From Gammaproteobacteria bacterium (lineage in GTDB: Bacteria; Pseudomonadota; Gammaproteobacteria; Steroidobacterales; GCA-2729495), in the NCBI GenBank assembly GCA_021773815.1, contig JAJFJS010000026.1:4693-68692 (forward strand): a stretch of DNA of 64,000 bases, read 5' to 3'. The notes beneath the pieces are model-generated. The model did no database searches. It saw only the letters and a list, made by a program, of their open reading frames with translations, and had not been told where the DNA came from. Position numbers and translations under genes: made by a program. Within the stretch, counting starts at the first letter, position 1; every line of letters starts with the position of its first letter. Positions 44,754 through 59,329 of this stretch are shown here, piece by piece.

Positions 44754-45035
44754 TTATCGTCGCGGCTCGTCATCATCCGATGGTTCGATGACACGGTATT
44801 CCGCCTCGACAAACGCATCTTCCTGCTGCCGGCGCGCCTTGCGCGTCAGCCACCAGATCCGCGCATAGATGATCAGTCCGGCGATCAGCACGAATCCCAC
44901 GAGCGCCGCCAGGACCAGTCCGCCGATCAGTGCAGCGCCGATAAACAGGATCACGCCGACAACGAACCCCAGCGCCTGCATGAACGGATTGGGCGGTTTC
45001 GAACCCCGCTGGCTGGTCACTCGTATATAACGCAT
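44754..45035 (-). CDS. small membrane protein
   Basis: Two hydrophobic helices and an acidic C-terminus. The ATG at 45035 avoids overlap with the upstream gene. Confidence 0.4.
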   Translation of the reverse strand: MRYIRVTSQRGSKPPNPFMQALGFVVGVILFIGAALIGGLVLAALVGFVLIAGLIIYARIWWLTRKARRQQEDAFVEAEYRVIEPSDDDEPRR

Positions 45036-45081
45036 CCGGCGTATTCTACCGGCGACGGCGGTAACAGTTAACCCGGAAATC

Positions 45082-46155
45082 TCACCAGCCGTCCTTTTCC
45101 GCGATTTCGCCCCGCTCTCCCTCAACCAGCGACACGCGCGATGAAGTCGGTATCACGCGCAGCAGGCGCAGGCCGGCGGCCTCAAACAGGGCGCCGAACT
45201 CGTCGGCGGTCCGCTCGCGGCCCGGCGTCAGCGCCATGATGCTCAGGTCCAGGTCCTTACCCGGATCCGGCTCGTTGCCCGACGACATGACGGCATCGAT
45301 GACGATGATTCGGCTCGCCGACGACATCGAGTCCCGGCAGCGGCGCAGGATCGCGATCGCGCGCTCGTCGTCCCAATCGTGAATGATCCGCTTGAGCAGA
45401 TACAGGCCGAAACCCGGCGGCACATCGGCGAAAAAATCGCCGGCGATGCGGGCGACACCGTTCAGCAGATCCGCCTCGCGCAGCCGCGCCGGATCGGTCA
45501 GCACCTGCGGCTGGTCGTACAGCGCCGCACCAATGCCCGGATGCTGCGCAACGATCGCCGCCAGCAGGCCGCCCTGCCCGCCGCCGATGTCGATGATCGG
45601 CGCATGGTCGGCAAAAGAATAGGCCTGCGCGACCGCATCGTTTTCGATGCGCGACACCGTCGACATGCGCCGGTCGAACAACGCGTTCACTTCCGGATGC
45701 GCGGCAAGGTAGTCGAAGAATGCCTGCCCGTGCGCGATTTCGAACGCGGTCTCGCCGGTCAACACGGCCTCGGGCAATGCCTGGTACGTATTCCAGTGAA
45801 TATCCTGCCAGCCGAGCACGAACATCTCGCGCAGCGAGTCGGGGTGATCGGCACGCAGCAATTCCGCGCGCGGGGTCAGCCCGATTCGCCCCGCGTCGTC
45901 CTCGGCAAACACGCCGTGCCCGCCGAGCATCCGCAGCAGACGAAACAACGCATCGCGGTCGCAGCCCGTCGCTTCGGCAAGCTGTTCCATACCGAGGGGT
46001 TCGTCGGCAATGAGATCGGCGATCCCCAGATCCGCAGCAATGCCCAGCGCGCGGGCCAGCAACAACTTCCCCGCAATCCCGGTCAAAAACTCCGCGGGCG
46101 ACGGCGTTTCAAAGGCACTCATCAGCAGCGGCCGGCGATCAGCCGTCCTCCGCAT
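45082..46155 (-). CDS. class I SAM-dependent O-methyltransferase (COMT/ASMT-like with an N-terminal dimerisation/wHTH domain)
   Basis: IIDIGGGQGGLLAAIV SAM motif and LYLLKRIIHDWDDERAIAIL. Confidence 0.8.
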   Translation of the reverse strand: MRRTADRRPLLMSAFETPSPAEFLTGIAGKLLLARALGIAADLGIADLIADEPLGMEQLAEATGCDRDALFRLLRMLGGHGVFAEDDAGRIGLTPRAELLRADHPDSLREMFVLGWQDIHWNTYQALPEAVLTGETAFEIAHGQAFFDYLAAHPEVNALFDRRMSTVSRIENDAVAQAYSFADHAPIIDIGGGQGGLLAAIVAQHPGIGAALYDQPQVLTDPARLREADLLNGVARIAGDFFADVPPGFGLYLLKRIIHDWDDERAIAILRRCRDSMSSASRIIVIDAVMSSGNEPDPGKDLDLSIMALTPGRERTADEFGALFEAAGLRLLRVIPTSSRVSLVEGERGEIAEKDGW

Positions 46156-46981
46156 TCAGCACGGCCAGCGGATCGGCGATGACATCAGGATGAAACGTAC
46201 GGGTCAAATCGACATAGTATTTCGGCAGATCCGCCATGGTTGACGCGCGCGTGCCCGCGCCGTGCGCCGTCGTGTGCCCGGGCGTGTCGCCGAAACCCAT
46301 CCAGGGACGGAACGTCACGAGACCATGGAAAGCTACCTGCGTCGGCACCATCGCCCGGGCGGGATCTGCCAGGTCCGGCCACTTTGCGTGATAGGTCGAC
46401 ATCTCGTTGTAGACGAACGGATTGGCAGCTTTTGCGTTCGCCTTGCCGCCGATCGCGATCACCTCGGTGATCCAGACGTCGTCGCCGCGCACGACGGCGG
46501 GCTGAAAGGTATGTTGCACGTCCAGACCGGCCGCCTCACCGGACAGACCCTCGACCTGCAACCCGTCGGCCGTGAGCGTAAATTGCGAAGGCCCCATGCG
46601 CGTCATCGGTACGTCGACGACGCGATCAGTCACCGGGTTGCGCCATGTCTGGATCAGTTTTTGCGTGTGCAGGTCGGTAAAAAAAGCAACCTCCAGCGCC
46701 TTCACGTCATAAGCGTCGGCACCGCGCCGACGGTACTGCGTGAAGGTGGCCGCCAGCAAGCCCATCATCGGGATAGCCCGGTGATCGATAACCGCATAAC
46801 GCGTGCCGCTAACCCAGCCGATACACAGGCGAGTGTCGGTGCTGCCGCGCATCTTGACCACTGCCTGTAAATAATCCGCTCGATCGTCGAGGTTCAGTTC
46901 TGCGGCGCCGCGTGCCAACGGCGCCGAAGCGCCGAAGGCAGCGCCGGCCAGTCCCAGTGTCAGGTCGCGCCGCGTGATCAT
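46139..46981 (-). CDS. DUF1838-like protein with a Tat signal peptide
   Basis: MITRRDLTLGLAGAAFGASAPLARGA twin-arginine leader. The body pattern (YLQAVVKMRGS..., TWRNPVTDRVVDV) fits DUF1838 as I recall it. Confidence 0.55.
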   Translation of the reverse strand: MITRRDLTLGLAGAAFGASAPLARGAAELNLDDRADYLQAVVKMRGSTDTRLCIGWVSGTRYAVIDHRAIPMMGLLAATFTQYRRRGADAYDVKALEVAFFTDLHTQKLIQTWRNPVTDRVVDVPMTRMGPSQFTLTADGLQVEGLSGEAAGLDVQHTFQPAVVRGDDVWITEVIAIGGKANAKAANPFVYNEMSTYHAKWPDLADPARAMVPTQVAFHGLVTFRPWMGFGDTPGHTTAHGAGTRASTMADLPKYYVDLTRTFHPDVIADPLAVLNAEDG

Positions 46982-47045
46982 GGATGTCGGTGCCCGGTTT
47001 CGTGCCGACCGGGCCTGCCCGTAATGACGATATTGACGCCGTCAT

Positions 47046-47831
47046 TCACCACGGCATCGTCTGGCCCGTGTAGCGCAGGAAGGTCGCCGACGATTTGCGG
47101 TCATAGGTATCGATAACGGCAATCACCGCCGCCGCTGATTCGTCGGCCTGGATCATCGGAATCGGCACGTTCTTCGCAAACCCGGTATCCACGATGCCCG
47201 GATCGATCAGCCCGAAAATCAGTGCCTTGCGGCCCGGCGCATCCGAGCGGCGCAGTTCCTTGGCCAGCGTGCGCATCGACATGTTCAGCGCAGCCTTGCT
47301 GGCACGATAGAAAACCTGCCCGCCAAACGTCATCTGGATGGAGCCGACGGCGCTGGAGATACTCATGATTTTTTTCTGATCACTCGCCGCGACATGATCG
47401 ACGAAGGCCTCGACCATGCGGATCGGCCCCTTGGTATTGACGTCCATGACCTCATCGAAAACCGCGAAGTCAAACGCGCCGAGTTTCTGCCGGTCGTTGT
47501 CGCCGAGGATGCCGGCGTTGTTGATCAGAATATCGATCGGCGTCGACCGATACTTCTCGGCGACCGCGTCGATGGTGGCCCGGTCGGTGACATCCAGCCG
47601 TTCGATCACGACGTTGGCATGCCCGGCGGCCAGCGCCTGGAGCTCCTCAGCCGCCTCGGGCGTCCGGCAGGTCGCGAGTACGCCCCAGCCTCGCTCGGCG
47701 TATTGGCGGGCCAGCTCGAAACCGATGCCGCGATTCGCCCCGGTGATCAGCACGGATGGTTTCGCCAGGCCGGCAGCCATAGCCGCCGGCGTGACGCCGA
47801 TGACCGACAGGGCCATGATCAGCATCGCCAT
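47046..47831 (-). CDS. SDR-family oxidoreductase with a hydrophobic N-terminal leader
   Basis: VLITGANRGIGFELARQY (TGxxxGxG) and YRASKAAL catalytic motifs. The leader is MAMLIMALSVIGVTPAAMAAG. Confidence 0.85.
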   Translation of the reverse strand: MAMLIMALSVIGVTPAAMAAGLAKPSVLITGANRGIGFELARQYAERGWGVLATCRTPEAAEELQALAAGHANVVIERLDVTDRATIDAVAEKYRSTPIDILINNAGILGDNDRQKLGAFDFAVFDEVMDVNTKGPIRMVEAFVDHVAASDQKKIMSISSAVGSIQMTFGGQVFYRASKAALNMSMRTLAKELRRSDAPGRKALIFGLIDPGIVDTGFAKNVPIPMIQADESAAAVIAVIDTYDRKSSATFLRYTGQTMPW

Positions 47832-48160
47832 CCGTTGCCCGATCGAGGCTGATCTCCAGCAGAACTTCTCTATTAAATTCTTTAATTTCAACTTATTACC
47901 AATCTTTATTAATCTACAATCAAGATGATCAAAAGCACGGCGCCGGATACGCCCGGCACGTCATTCGGACCGATGGCGGCTCGCTCCGCGGATCCTCCGC
48001 ACTCTAACCGATTACCCGAACCCGGCAAAGACACGCCCTGCGGGCCATAATCGGCGCCGGGCAATCGGCCAACCTACCGGAACTCACGCGAACCGGCCGA
48101 TGTCAAAGTTGCAGCCAATCATTACACTGACGCCTTCAACAGCGAAAGGAAGAACGAACC

Positions 48161-48754
48161 ATGCCTCTGCCCAAGGTCTCCGGCTGGATGCGCACAGCGG
48201 TGCTGGCCGCCGCCCTGTCGCTCGTCGCCTGCGCATCGACGCCCCGCACCTATTCGAATATCGATCGAACGGCGGATTTCGCGCGGTATTCGACGTTCGG
48301 CTTCTTCGACAAGCTGTCGACGGACAAGGAGCAGTATGAATCGATGGAAAGTAATTTCCTGAAGGTCGCCGTGTCGCAGGAGATGGACCGGCGTGGTTTT
48401 CGCTATGCGGACGATCCGGACCTGCTGATCAATTTCTACGTCAACACTGAGGAAAAAATACGTTCGCGCGCGGGGCCGACGCTGGGCGCCTACTACGGCT
48501 ACCGCGGCTCCCGGTACGACGCCTGGGGCGGGTACGGCTATGAAACACGCGTCGAGCAGTATACCGAGGGCACGCTGAACGTCGATGTCGTCGATGCGAG
48601 AACCGGCAAACTCGTCTGGGAAGGCATCATCGTCGGACGCGTGACCGAAAAGGTCCTGCGTAATCTGGAACCGGTCATCGACGAGGCCGTGCGGGAAGTC
48701 TTCAAGCTGTTCCCGGTGCCGCGACGGGCCGCGAATCCGGCGACCGATGCATGA
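48161..48754 (+). CDS. DUF4136-like lipoprotein
   Basis: Lipobox SLVAC, plus DFARYSTFGF and WEGI patterns. Confidence 0.6.
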   Translation: MPLPKVSGWMRTAVLAAALSLVACASTPRTYSNIDRTADFARYSTFGFFDKLSTDKEQYESMESNFLKVAVSQEMDRRGFRYADDPDLLINFYVNTEEKIRSRAGPTLGAYYGYRGSRYDAWGGYGYETRVEQYTEGTLNVDVVDARTGKLVWEGIIVGRVTEKVLRNLEPVIDEAVREVFKLFPVPRRAANPATDA

Positions 48755-48928
48755 CGAATTCACCAAGGTGAAGATCGGGCCTGTGCGTCCTCACGCTGCG
48801 CGGGAATTGCGATGATTCACCATAAGCCGCACGACCGCCGCCTGGCGTCGACCGGCATCCACAAGAGAGGCAGCCGGCCTGTGCTAGACTGCCCCGCTGA
48901 AAGCAAACGGTTTTACAGGAGTTAATCG

Positions 48929-49630
48929 ATGCAGCAACCACGACCTTTAGGACCGGGCCAGGGCCCAACCGGCGCCGTGTATCAGGAAGCGATACGCGAG
49001 TCCGCACTGTCGACCAACAAGGTCCTGAAAAACACGTACCTGCTGTTGGCCGCGACACTGGTTTTCAGCGCGATGACCGCAACCGTCGCAATGGTCGCCA
49101 ACGTGCCGTATTTCGGCCCGTTCGTGACGCTGGGCGGATATTTCGGTCTGCTGTTCCTGACCCACAAGCTCCGGAATTCGTCAGCCGGGCTCGTCTGTGT
49201 CTTCGCGCTGACCGGCTTCATGGGACTCACGCTCGGGCCGTTGCTGAGCGCCTATATCCAGAACGTACCGAACGGCGGTCAGCTCGTGCTGACATCGCTG
49301 GCCACAACCGGCCTCGTGTTCCTCGCGCTGAGCGGCTACGTGCTGACGACGCGCAAGGACTTGAGCTTCATGGGCGGCTTTTTGATGGTCGGGTTGATCG
49401 GCATGCTCGGCGTGATCCTGATCGGGTTGTTCGTCGATCTTTCCGCCTTCAACATGGCGATCTCCGGCGGCATCGTGTTGTTGATGTCCGGCATGATCCT
49501 CTTTCAGACCAGCGCGATCATTCACGGCGGCGAGCGAAACTATATTCTCGCGACCGTCGGCCTGTACGTCAGCCTGTACAACATTTTCATCAACCTGCTG
49601 ATGCTGTTCGGCATGGGCGGCGACGACTAG
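48929..49630 (+). CDS. Bax inhibitor-1/YccA family membrane protein
   Basis: NKVLKNTYLLLAATLVFSA, 7 TM helices and the C-terminus YVSLYNIFINLLMLFG. Confidence 0.85.
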   Translation: MQQPRPLGPGQGPTGAVYQEAIRESALSTNKVLKNTYLLLAATLVFSAMTATVAMVANVPYFGPFVTLGGYFGLLFLTHKLRNSSAGLVCVFALTGFMGLTLGPLLSAYIQNVPNGGQLVLTSLATTGLVFLALSGYVLTTRKDLSFMGGFLMVGLIGMLGVILIGLFVDLSAFNMAISGGIVLLMSGMILFQTSAIIHGGERNYILATVGLYVSLYNIFINLLMLFGMGGDD

Positions 49631-49650
49631 GCGCAGCCCGTTCGGATCGA

Positions 49651-49681
49651 AAACGCCCCGCTTCGTCGGGGCGTTTTTTTT
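49651..49681 (+). terminator. intrinsic terminator between convergent genes
   Basis: AACGCCCCG-CTTCGT-CGGGGCGTT followed by a T8 run. A short A-run upstream allows weak bidirectional function. Confidence 0.7.
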
Positions 49682-49709
49682 GCCCCGCGTGATTAACGGG
49701 ACAGTAACC

Positions 49710-53154
<3,445 letters not shown>

Positions 53155-53187
53155 CTATCTATATGTTTTATATTGATTTCAATCTGA

Positions 53188-54510
53188 CTATCTTTTCGAC
53201 CGATTAGCCTGCCGGAGCGTCGCCAACTTGGCCGCGATCTGACTTTCCAGCCCGCGGTCCACCGGTTCGTAATAGATCCGGTCGTCGAGTTCTGCGGGAA
53301 AATACCGCTCGCCCGCGGCAAATCCGCCGGGCTCGTCATGGGCATAACGATACCCGTCGCCATGACCCAGCGATTTGGCCAGCGCCGTCGGCGCATTGCG
53401 CAGGTGCGCGGGCACGGCGAGCGAACCCAGCGACCGCGCATCCGCCGCCGCCGCATTATAAGCCCGATACACGGCATTGCTCTTCGCGGCACAGGCCAGG
53501 AACACGACTGCCTGCGCCAGCGCCAGTTCGCCCTCCGGGCTACCGAGCCGTTCGTAGGATTCCCAGGCATCGAGCGCGAGACGCAATGCCCGCGGATCCG
53601 CGTTGCCGATATCCTCCGATGCCATCCTGACGAGCCGGCGACCGAGAAAATTCGGGTCGACGCCGCCGTCGAGCATCCGCGCAAACCAGTACAGCGCCGC
53701 ATCCGGATCCGACCCCCGGATCGCCTTGTGCAGCACCGAGATCTGGTCATAGTAATCGTCACCGCCGCGGTCGAATCGGCGCACCGTGCCCGTGCAGACC
53801 TCCTCGACGCACTCCGGCCCGACCCGCACGACCTCACCTGACGTCGGCCCGTCGGCGCCCGCCATCGCGACGGCCAGTTCGAGCAGGTTCAGCGCCCGGC
53901 GGGCATCGCCGTCAGCCGCTGCGGCCAGCTGGCGCAGGTCATCGGCCGCGATGTCGACTGCCGGCTCCGTGAATGCCACGGTCAAGGCACGATTCAGGAC
54001 ATCAATGATCTCATCGGCGGTCAGCGCCTTGAGTACGTAGACGCGCGCACGCGACAACAGCGCATTGTTCAGTGCGAACGAGGGGTTCTCGGTCGTCGCG
54101 CCGATAAACGTGATCGTGCCGTCTTCGACCCACGGCAGGAACGCATCCTGCTGCGCCTTATTGAAACGATGCACCTCATCGAGAAACAGCACCGTCGGGC
54201 GATCGGGGTGCGCCTGCGCTTGTGCAATCGCCGCACGGATATCCTTGACGCCCGCCATGACCGCCGACAGCGCGATGAACTCGGCCTCGACGCCCTGTGC
54301 GACGAGTCGCGCCAGCGTCGTTTTGCCGGTGCCCGGCGGACCCCAGAGGATGGCGGAATGGAGCGATTGCGCGCCGACGAGTCGGGTCAGCGGCTTGCCC
54401 TCACCGAGCAAATGGGACTGGCCGACGAGATCGGCGAGCGCGGCTGGACGCATGCGATCGGCGAGCGGACGCAATCGGTCGTCCTTGCCCCACATGTCGG
54501 CCGCATTCAT
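53188..54510 (-). CDS. rarA: replication-associated recombination protein A
   Basis: LRPLADRMRP..., Walker A GPPGTGKTTLA and an MgsA C-terminal domain. The ATG at 54510 is preferred. Confidence 0.9.
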   Translation of the reverse strand: MNAADMWGKDDRLRPLADRMRPAALADLVGQSHLLGEGKPLTRLVGAQSLHSAILWGPPGTGKTTLARLVAQGVEAEFIALSAVMAGVKDIRAAIAQAQAHPDRPTVLFLDEVHRFNKAQQDAFLPWVEDGTITFIGATTENPSFALNNALLSRARVYVLKALTADEIIDVLNRALTVAFTEPAVDIAADDLRQLAAAADGDARRALNLLELAVAMAGADGPTSGEVVRVGPECVEEVCTGTVRRFDRGGDDYYDQISVLHKAIRGSDPDAALYWFARMLDGGVDPNFLGRRLVRMASEDIGNADPRALRLALDAWESYERLGSPEGELALAQAVVFLACAAKSNAVYRAYNAAAADARSLGSLAVPAHLRNAPTALAKSLGHGDGYRYAHDEPGGFAAGERYFPAELDDRIYYEPVDRGLESQIAAKLATLRQANRSKR

Positions 54511-54592
54511 ATCGTTGGCTGGTATGTTGCTTCCCCGAACCTCGGCGGGCCCGGGCAAATCGGCATGTTAGCAGGAAACCGGAGCCTGCGAT

Positions 54593-54979
54593 TCAGGCCG
54601 CGTCGCGCACAAACCAGCGCTCGATCACGCCCGCCCACCGCTCGAGTCCCAGCGCGGCCAGTGCCCAGCCGCCCAGAATCCCGCCGAGATCGGCGAGACC
54701 ATCCGCGAGTTCTGCCGTCCGGTAAGTCAACAGGTGCTGCGCTCCTTCGATCGCTACACCCAGGCACAGCAATGCGACGCCAATCCGCCATGCAAACCGC
54801 AGCTCGAAGACACCACAGAACCAGGACATCAACATCGTGAAAGCGATCGCATGAGCAACCTTGTCATCGATGAACGACGGCGCCCGGCCGGGCTGCGGCG
54901 TCAGCGTCAGGTACAGCACGAAGCCGACGAGGCACAACCCGCCGAAAAACCAGAAATACCGGTACCGCAGCGGCCTCAC
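54593..54979 (-). CDS. VanZ-like membrane protein
   Basis: DKVAHAIAFTMLMSWF motif and 4 TM helices. The GTG at 54979 avoids the 62-nt overlap with lolA implied by the track start. Confidence 0.5.
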   Translation of the reverse strand: MRPLRYRYFWFFGGLCLVGFVLYLTLTPQPGRAPSFIDDKVAHAIAFTMLMSWFCGVFELRFAWRIGVALLCLGVAIEGAQHLLTYRTAELADGLADLGGILGGWALAALGLERWAGVIERWFVRDAA

Positions 54980-54989
54980 GCAAATACCG

Positions 54990-55655
54990 TCACAGGTCGT
55001 CTTCGTCGATGACGTCAACACCGTCGGGTATGTCGAAGCGAAAATCCGCATCGGTCAACCGCGGCGATCGATCGATCGCCGACAGGGAGATCCTCGTGCG
55101 CTGGCCGAGACGATCAACAAACTCGATGCGCTGCAGCTCGTCGCCGGCAAAACCCAGGTCGACGGTCGAAAAATCCGCCTCGACGGAACGCGGGGCCAGT
55201 TGCAGCCACTCGATACCTTCCTGCACACGCGCGCCGAGAAACTCGAACTGCGCCAGCGCCTCTTCGTTGCCGGTCAGCAACGCAGCGGGCGTATCGCCGA
55301 GACCCACCGCGAGCCGCCGCACCGTGACCTGCTCGAGGTCGGCCTCGTAGAGCCAGACGCGTTCGCCGTCCGCGACGATAACGCGCTCATAGGGTTCGCG
55401 ATAATCCCAGCGAAAGCGGCCCGGCTTGCTTAGCACAACGGTGCCGGCCGCCTGCTCGACGAGTTCCTGTTCGGAACCGATGATTTCCTGACGAAATTCG
55501 GCGCGCAGGTCCTGCATCGCACCGAGGAACTGGCGCAGGCGCTCGAACGCGACATCGCCATCCGGACCGGCAACATCGCCGGCCACGGCCGTGATCGACA
55601 GTAAGGTCAGAACACAGGCCGCCCAGCGACGCCCGAAACCTGCGGTTCGACGCAC
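54990..55655 (-). CDS. lolA: outer-membrane lipoprotein carrier protein LolA
   Basis: Signal peptide and GTVVLSKPGRFRWDYREPYERVIVADGERVWLYEADLEQV. Confidence 0.88.
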   Translation of the reverse strand: MRRTAGFGRRWAACVLTLLSITAVAGDVAGPDGDVAFERLRQFLGAMQDLRAEFRQEIIGSEQELVEQAAGTVVLSKPGRFRWDYREPYERVIVADGERVWLYEADLEQVTVRRLAVGLGDTPAALLTGNEEALAQFEFLGARVQEGIEWLQLAPRSVEADFSTVDLGFAGDELQRIEFVDRLGQRTRISLSAIDRSPRLTDADFRFDIPDGVDVIDEDDL

Positions 55656-55658
55656 GAT

Positions 55659-57980
55659 CTAGTGGTCTTTCGGCGGCGGCGGCGCGAGAACTTCGCGGGA
55701 ACCGTTGGACTGCAACTCGCTGACGATGCCCACCTGCTCCATGGTCTCGACCATGCGGGCCGCCCGGTTATAGCCGATCTTCAGCCGCCGCTGGATGCCT
55801 GACACGGACGCGCGCCGCGATTCGGTAACGATATGCACGGCCTGATCATAAAGCGGATCGGACTCCGCATCCACTTCGCCGGTCGCCTTGGGCTCGCCGC
55901 TGATGCCGGGAATCGGTTCGCTCGGCCCCTCGGTGACACCGTCGACATAGTTCGGTTCGCTCTCACCGCGCAGGCTCGCGACGACGCGATGGACTTCCTG
56001 ATCGGACACGAACGCGCCGTGTACACGCTGCGGCACGGACGAACCGCTGGCGAGATACAACATGTCGCCATGACCGAGCAATGCCTCGGCGCCGCCCTGG
56101 TCCAGGATCGTCCGTGAATCGACCTTCGCCGACACCTGGAACGCGATGCGGGTCGGGATATTGGCCTTGATCAATCCCGTGATGACGTCGACCGACGGCC
56201 GCTGCGTCGCCACGATCAGGTGTATGCCGGCCGCCCGCGCCTTCTGCGCGAGCCGCGCAATCAGTTCCTCGACCTTCTTGCCGACGATCATCATCATGTC
56301 GGCGAGTTCGTCGATAACGACGACAATCTGCGGCAACGGTTCGAGCGGGCGCGTCTGCATCTCGCCCGTCTCAATATCGGGCATCTCGAAAAACGGATCC
56401 GGGATCGGCGTGCCCGCATCAATCGCCGTGCGCACCTTCTTGTTATAACCGGCGAAGTTTCGGACGCCGAGCGAGGCCATCACGCGGTACCGCCGTTCCA
56501 TCTCCGCGACGCACCAGCGCAGTGAGTTGGCCGCATCCTTCATGTCGGTCACGACCGGGCACAACAGATGCGGGATGCCCTCGTAGACCGACAGCTCGAG
56601 CATCTTCGGATCGATCATCAATAACCGGACCTGCTCGGGCTTCGACTTGTAGAGCAGGCTCAGAACCATTGCGTTGAGGCCGACGGACTTGCCCGAACCG
56701 GTCGTACCGGCGATCAGCAGGTGCGGCATCTTCTGCAGGTCAGCAACCACCGGCTTGCCGCCGATATCCTTGCCCAGACCCAGCGTCAGCGGTGATTTCT
56801 GATCCTCATACGTCTGCGAACGCAGGATTTCGCCAAGCGTCACGAGCTCCCGGGTCTCGTTTGGAATCTCCAGGCCGACAGTCGGCTTGCCCGGAATGAC
56901 CTCGACGACCCGGACGCTGATCGCCGACAACGAGCGGGCGATATCCTTGGCGAGATTGCTGATCTGACTGACTTTCACGCCCGGCGCCGGATCGAGTTCG
57001 AAGCGCGTGATGACAGGACCCGGGTGCACGGATACGACGCGAACCTCGACGCCGAAATCACGCAGTTTCATTTCGACGAGGCGCGACATTGCCTGCAGTG
57101 CATCATCCGAATAACCGGGACCGTGATCGGGCGGCTCATCCAGAATCGACAGCGGCGGCAGTTCGCCGGCCGGCACCGTCTCGAACAGTTGTACCTGGCG
57201 TTCGCGCGCGGCGCGCTTGCCCGTGGCCAAAGCCGGCAGCACCGGTTCGATGCGCGGCGCGGTGGCCGGCCCGGACTTCTCGCGCCGGACACGCACGATT
57301 TCCTGGCGTTCTTCCTGGGCACGACGCGCCAAAATCTTTGCTTTGATTACCAGCGCGGCGACGCGGGCCTGTTCGCAACCGACGAGCACCCGATGCCCGA
57401 TCCGATCCATGACCAAGAGCCACGAGATACCGGTAAACAATGCGACGGATGCGAGCCAGACCGCCAGCAACATCAGCGTGGCGCCGAGCGAACCGAGGCT
57501 GCCGGTCAGCACGTACCCGACCGATTCGCCGAGCGCGCCGCCGGCCGATTGCGGCAGCGCCGGTGCGCCGAAATGCAGCGTCGCCAGCCCGCAGCTCGTC
57601 GCCAGACACATGAAGAATCCGCCGAAGCGCGTGACCATGACGGTCCGATTCAGGGGGCCGGCTTCGTGGCGTGCCGAGAAAATGAACCAGCCGGCAAACA
57701 TCACCATAACCGGGAACAGGTAGGCCGGCTGCCCGAACAGGGTATACGTCACGTCGGCAAACCACGCCCCGGCTGCGCCGATCTGGTTGCGCACCGCGGC
57801 GCCGTCGCCGGTATGACTGAATCCGGGGTCCCGCGCGTCATATGTCATCAACGCAACGAGCATGATCACCGCGAACGCGGCGAAGACCCACAATGCCGCC
57901 TCACGCACCGAATAAGCGACAGACGACTCGCCGTCAGCCCGCGGCTGACCGGACATTTTCGCTACTCTGGCCACACGCAT
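55659..57980 (-). CDS. ftsK: DNA translocase FtsK
   Basis: N-terminal TM helices, Walker [11 protein letters not shown] and the gamma domain [19 protein letters not shown]. The start could be the ATG at 57956. Confidence 0.95.
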   Translation of the reverse strand: MRVARVAKMSGQPRADGESSVAYSVREAALWVFAAFAVIMLVALMTYDARDPGFSHTGDGAAVRNQIGAAGAWFADVTYTLFGQPAYLFPVMVMFAGWFIFSARHEAGPLNRTVMVTRFGGFFMCLATSCGLATLHFGAPALPQSAGGALGESVGYVLTGSLGSLGATLMLLAVWLASVALFTGISWLLVMDRIGHRVLVGCEQARVAALVIKAKILARRAQEERQEIVRVRREKSGPATAPRIEPVLPALATGKRAARERQVQLFETVPAGELPPLSILDEPPDHGPGYSDDALQAMSRLVEMKLRDFGVEVRVVSVHPGPVITRFELDPAPGVKVSQISNLAKDIARSLSAISVRVVEVIPGKPTVGLEIPNETRELVTLGEILRSQTYEDQKSPLTLGLGKDIGGKPVVADLQKMPHLLIAGTTGSGKSVGLNAMVLSLLYKSKPEQVRLLMIDPKMLELSVYEGIPHLLCPVVTDMKDAANSLRWCVAEMERRYRVMASLGVRNFAGYNKKVRTAIDAGTPIPDPFFEMPDIETGEMQTRPLEPLPQIVVVIDELADMMMIVGKKVEELIARLAQKARAAGIHLIVATQRPSVDVITGLIKANIPTRIAFQVSAKVDSRTILDQGGAEALLGHGDMLYLASGSSVPQRVHGAFVSDQEVHRVVASLRGESEPNYVDGVTEGPSEPIPGISGEPKATGEVDAESDPLYDQAVHIVTESRRASVSGIQRRLKIGYNRAARMVETMEQVGIVSELQSNGSREVLAPPPPKDH

Positions 57981-58116
57981 TGCCCCACGAACAGGCTAAA
58001 TCGAGATCTAACAACAACAACAACAAGTAACTGCCTTAATCATAAGCAGTTATTGTCGCGGATAATAGCAGCAAATGGGCCGGGGTGTGCAAGCACGGGG
58101 GTTTCCCCTACACTAG

Positions 58117-59232
<1,116 letters not shown>

Positions 59233-59329
59233 CGGCCCTCCACCACCCCGTCCGCCGTCACGCGCTTGACATTGAGCGGTGACCGGCGTTTCTTCAATGG
59301 CTCACCGGGGCTTAAGGAAGAGTAGCGGC

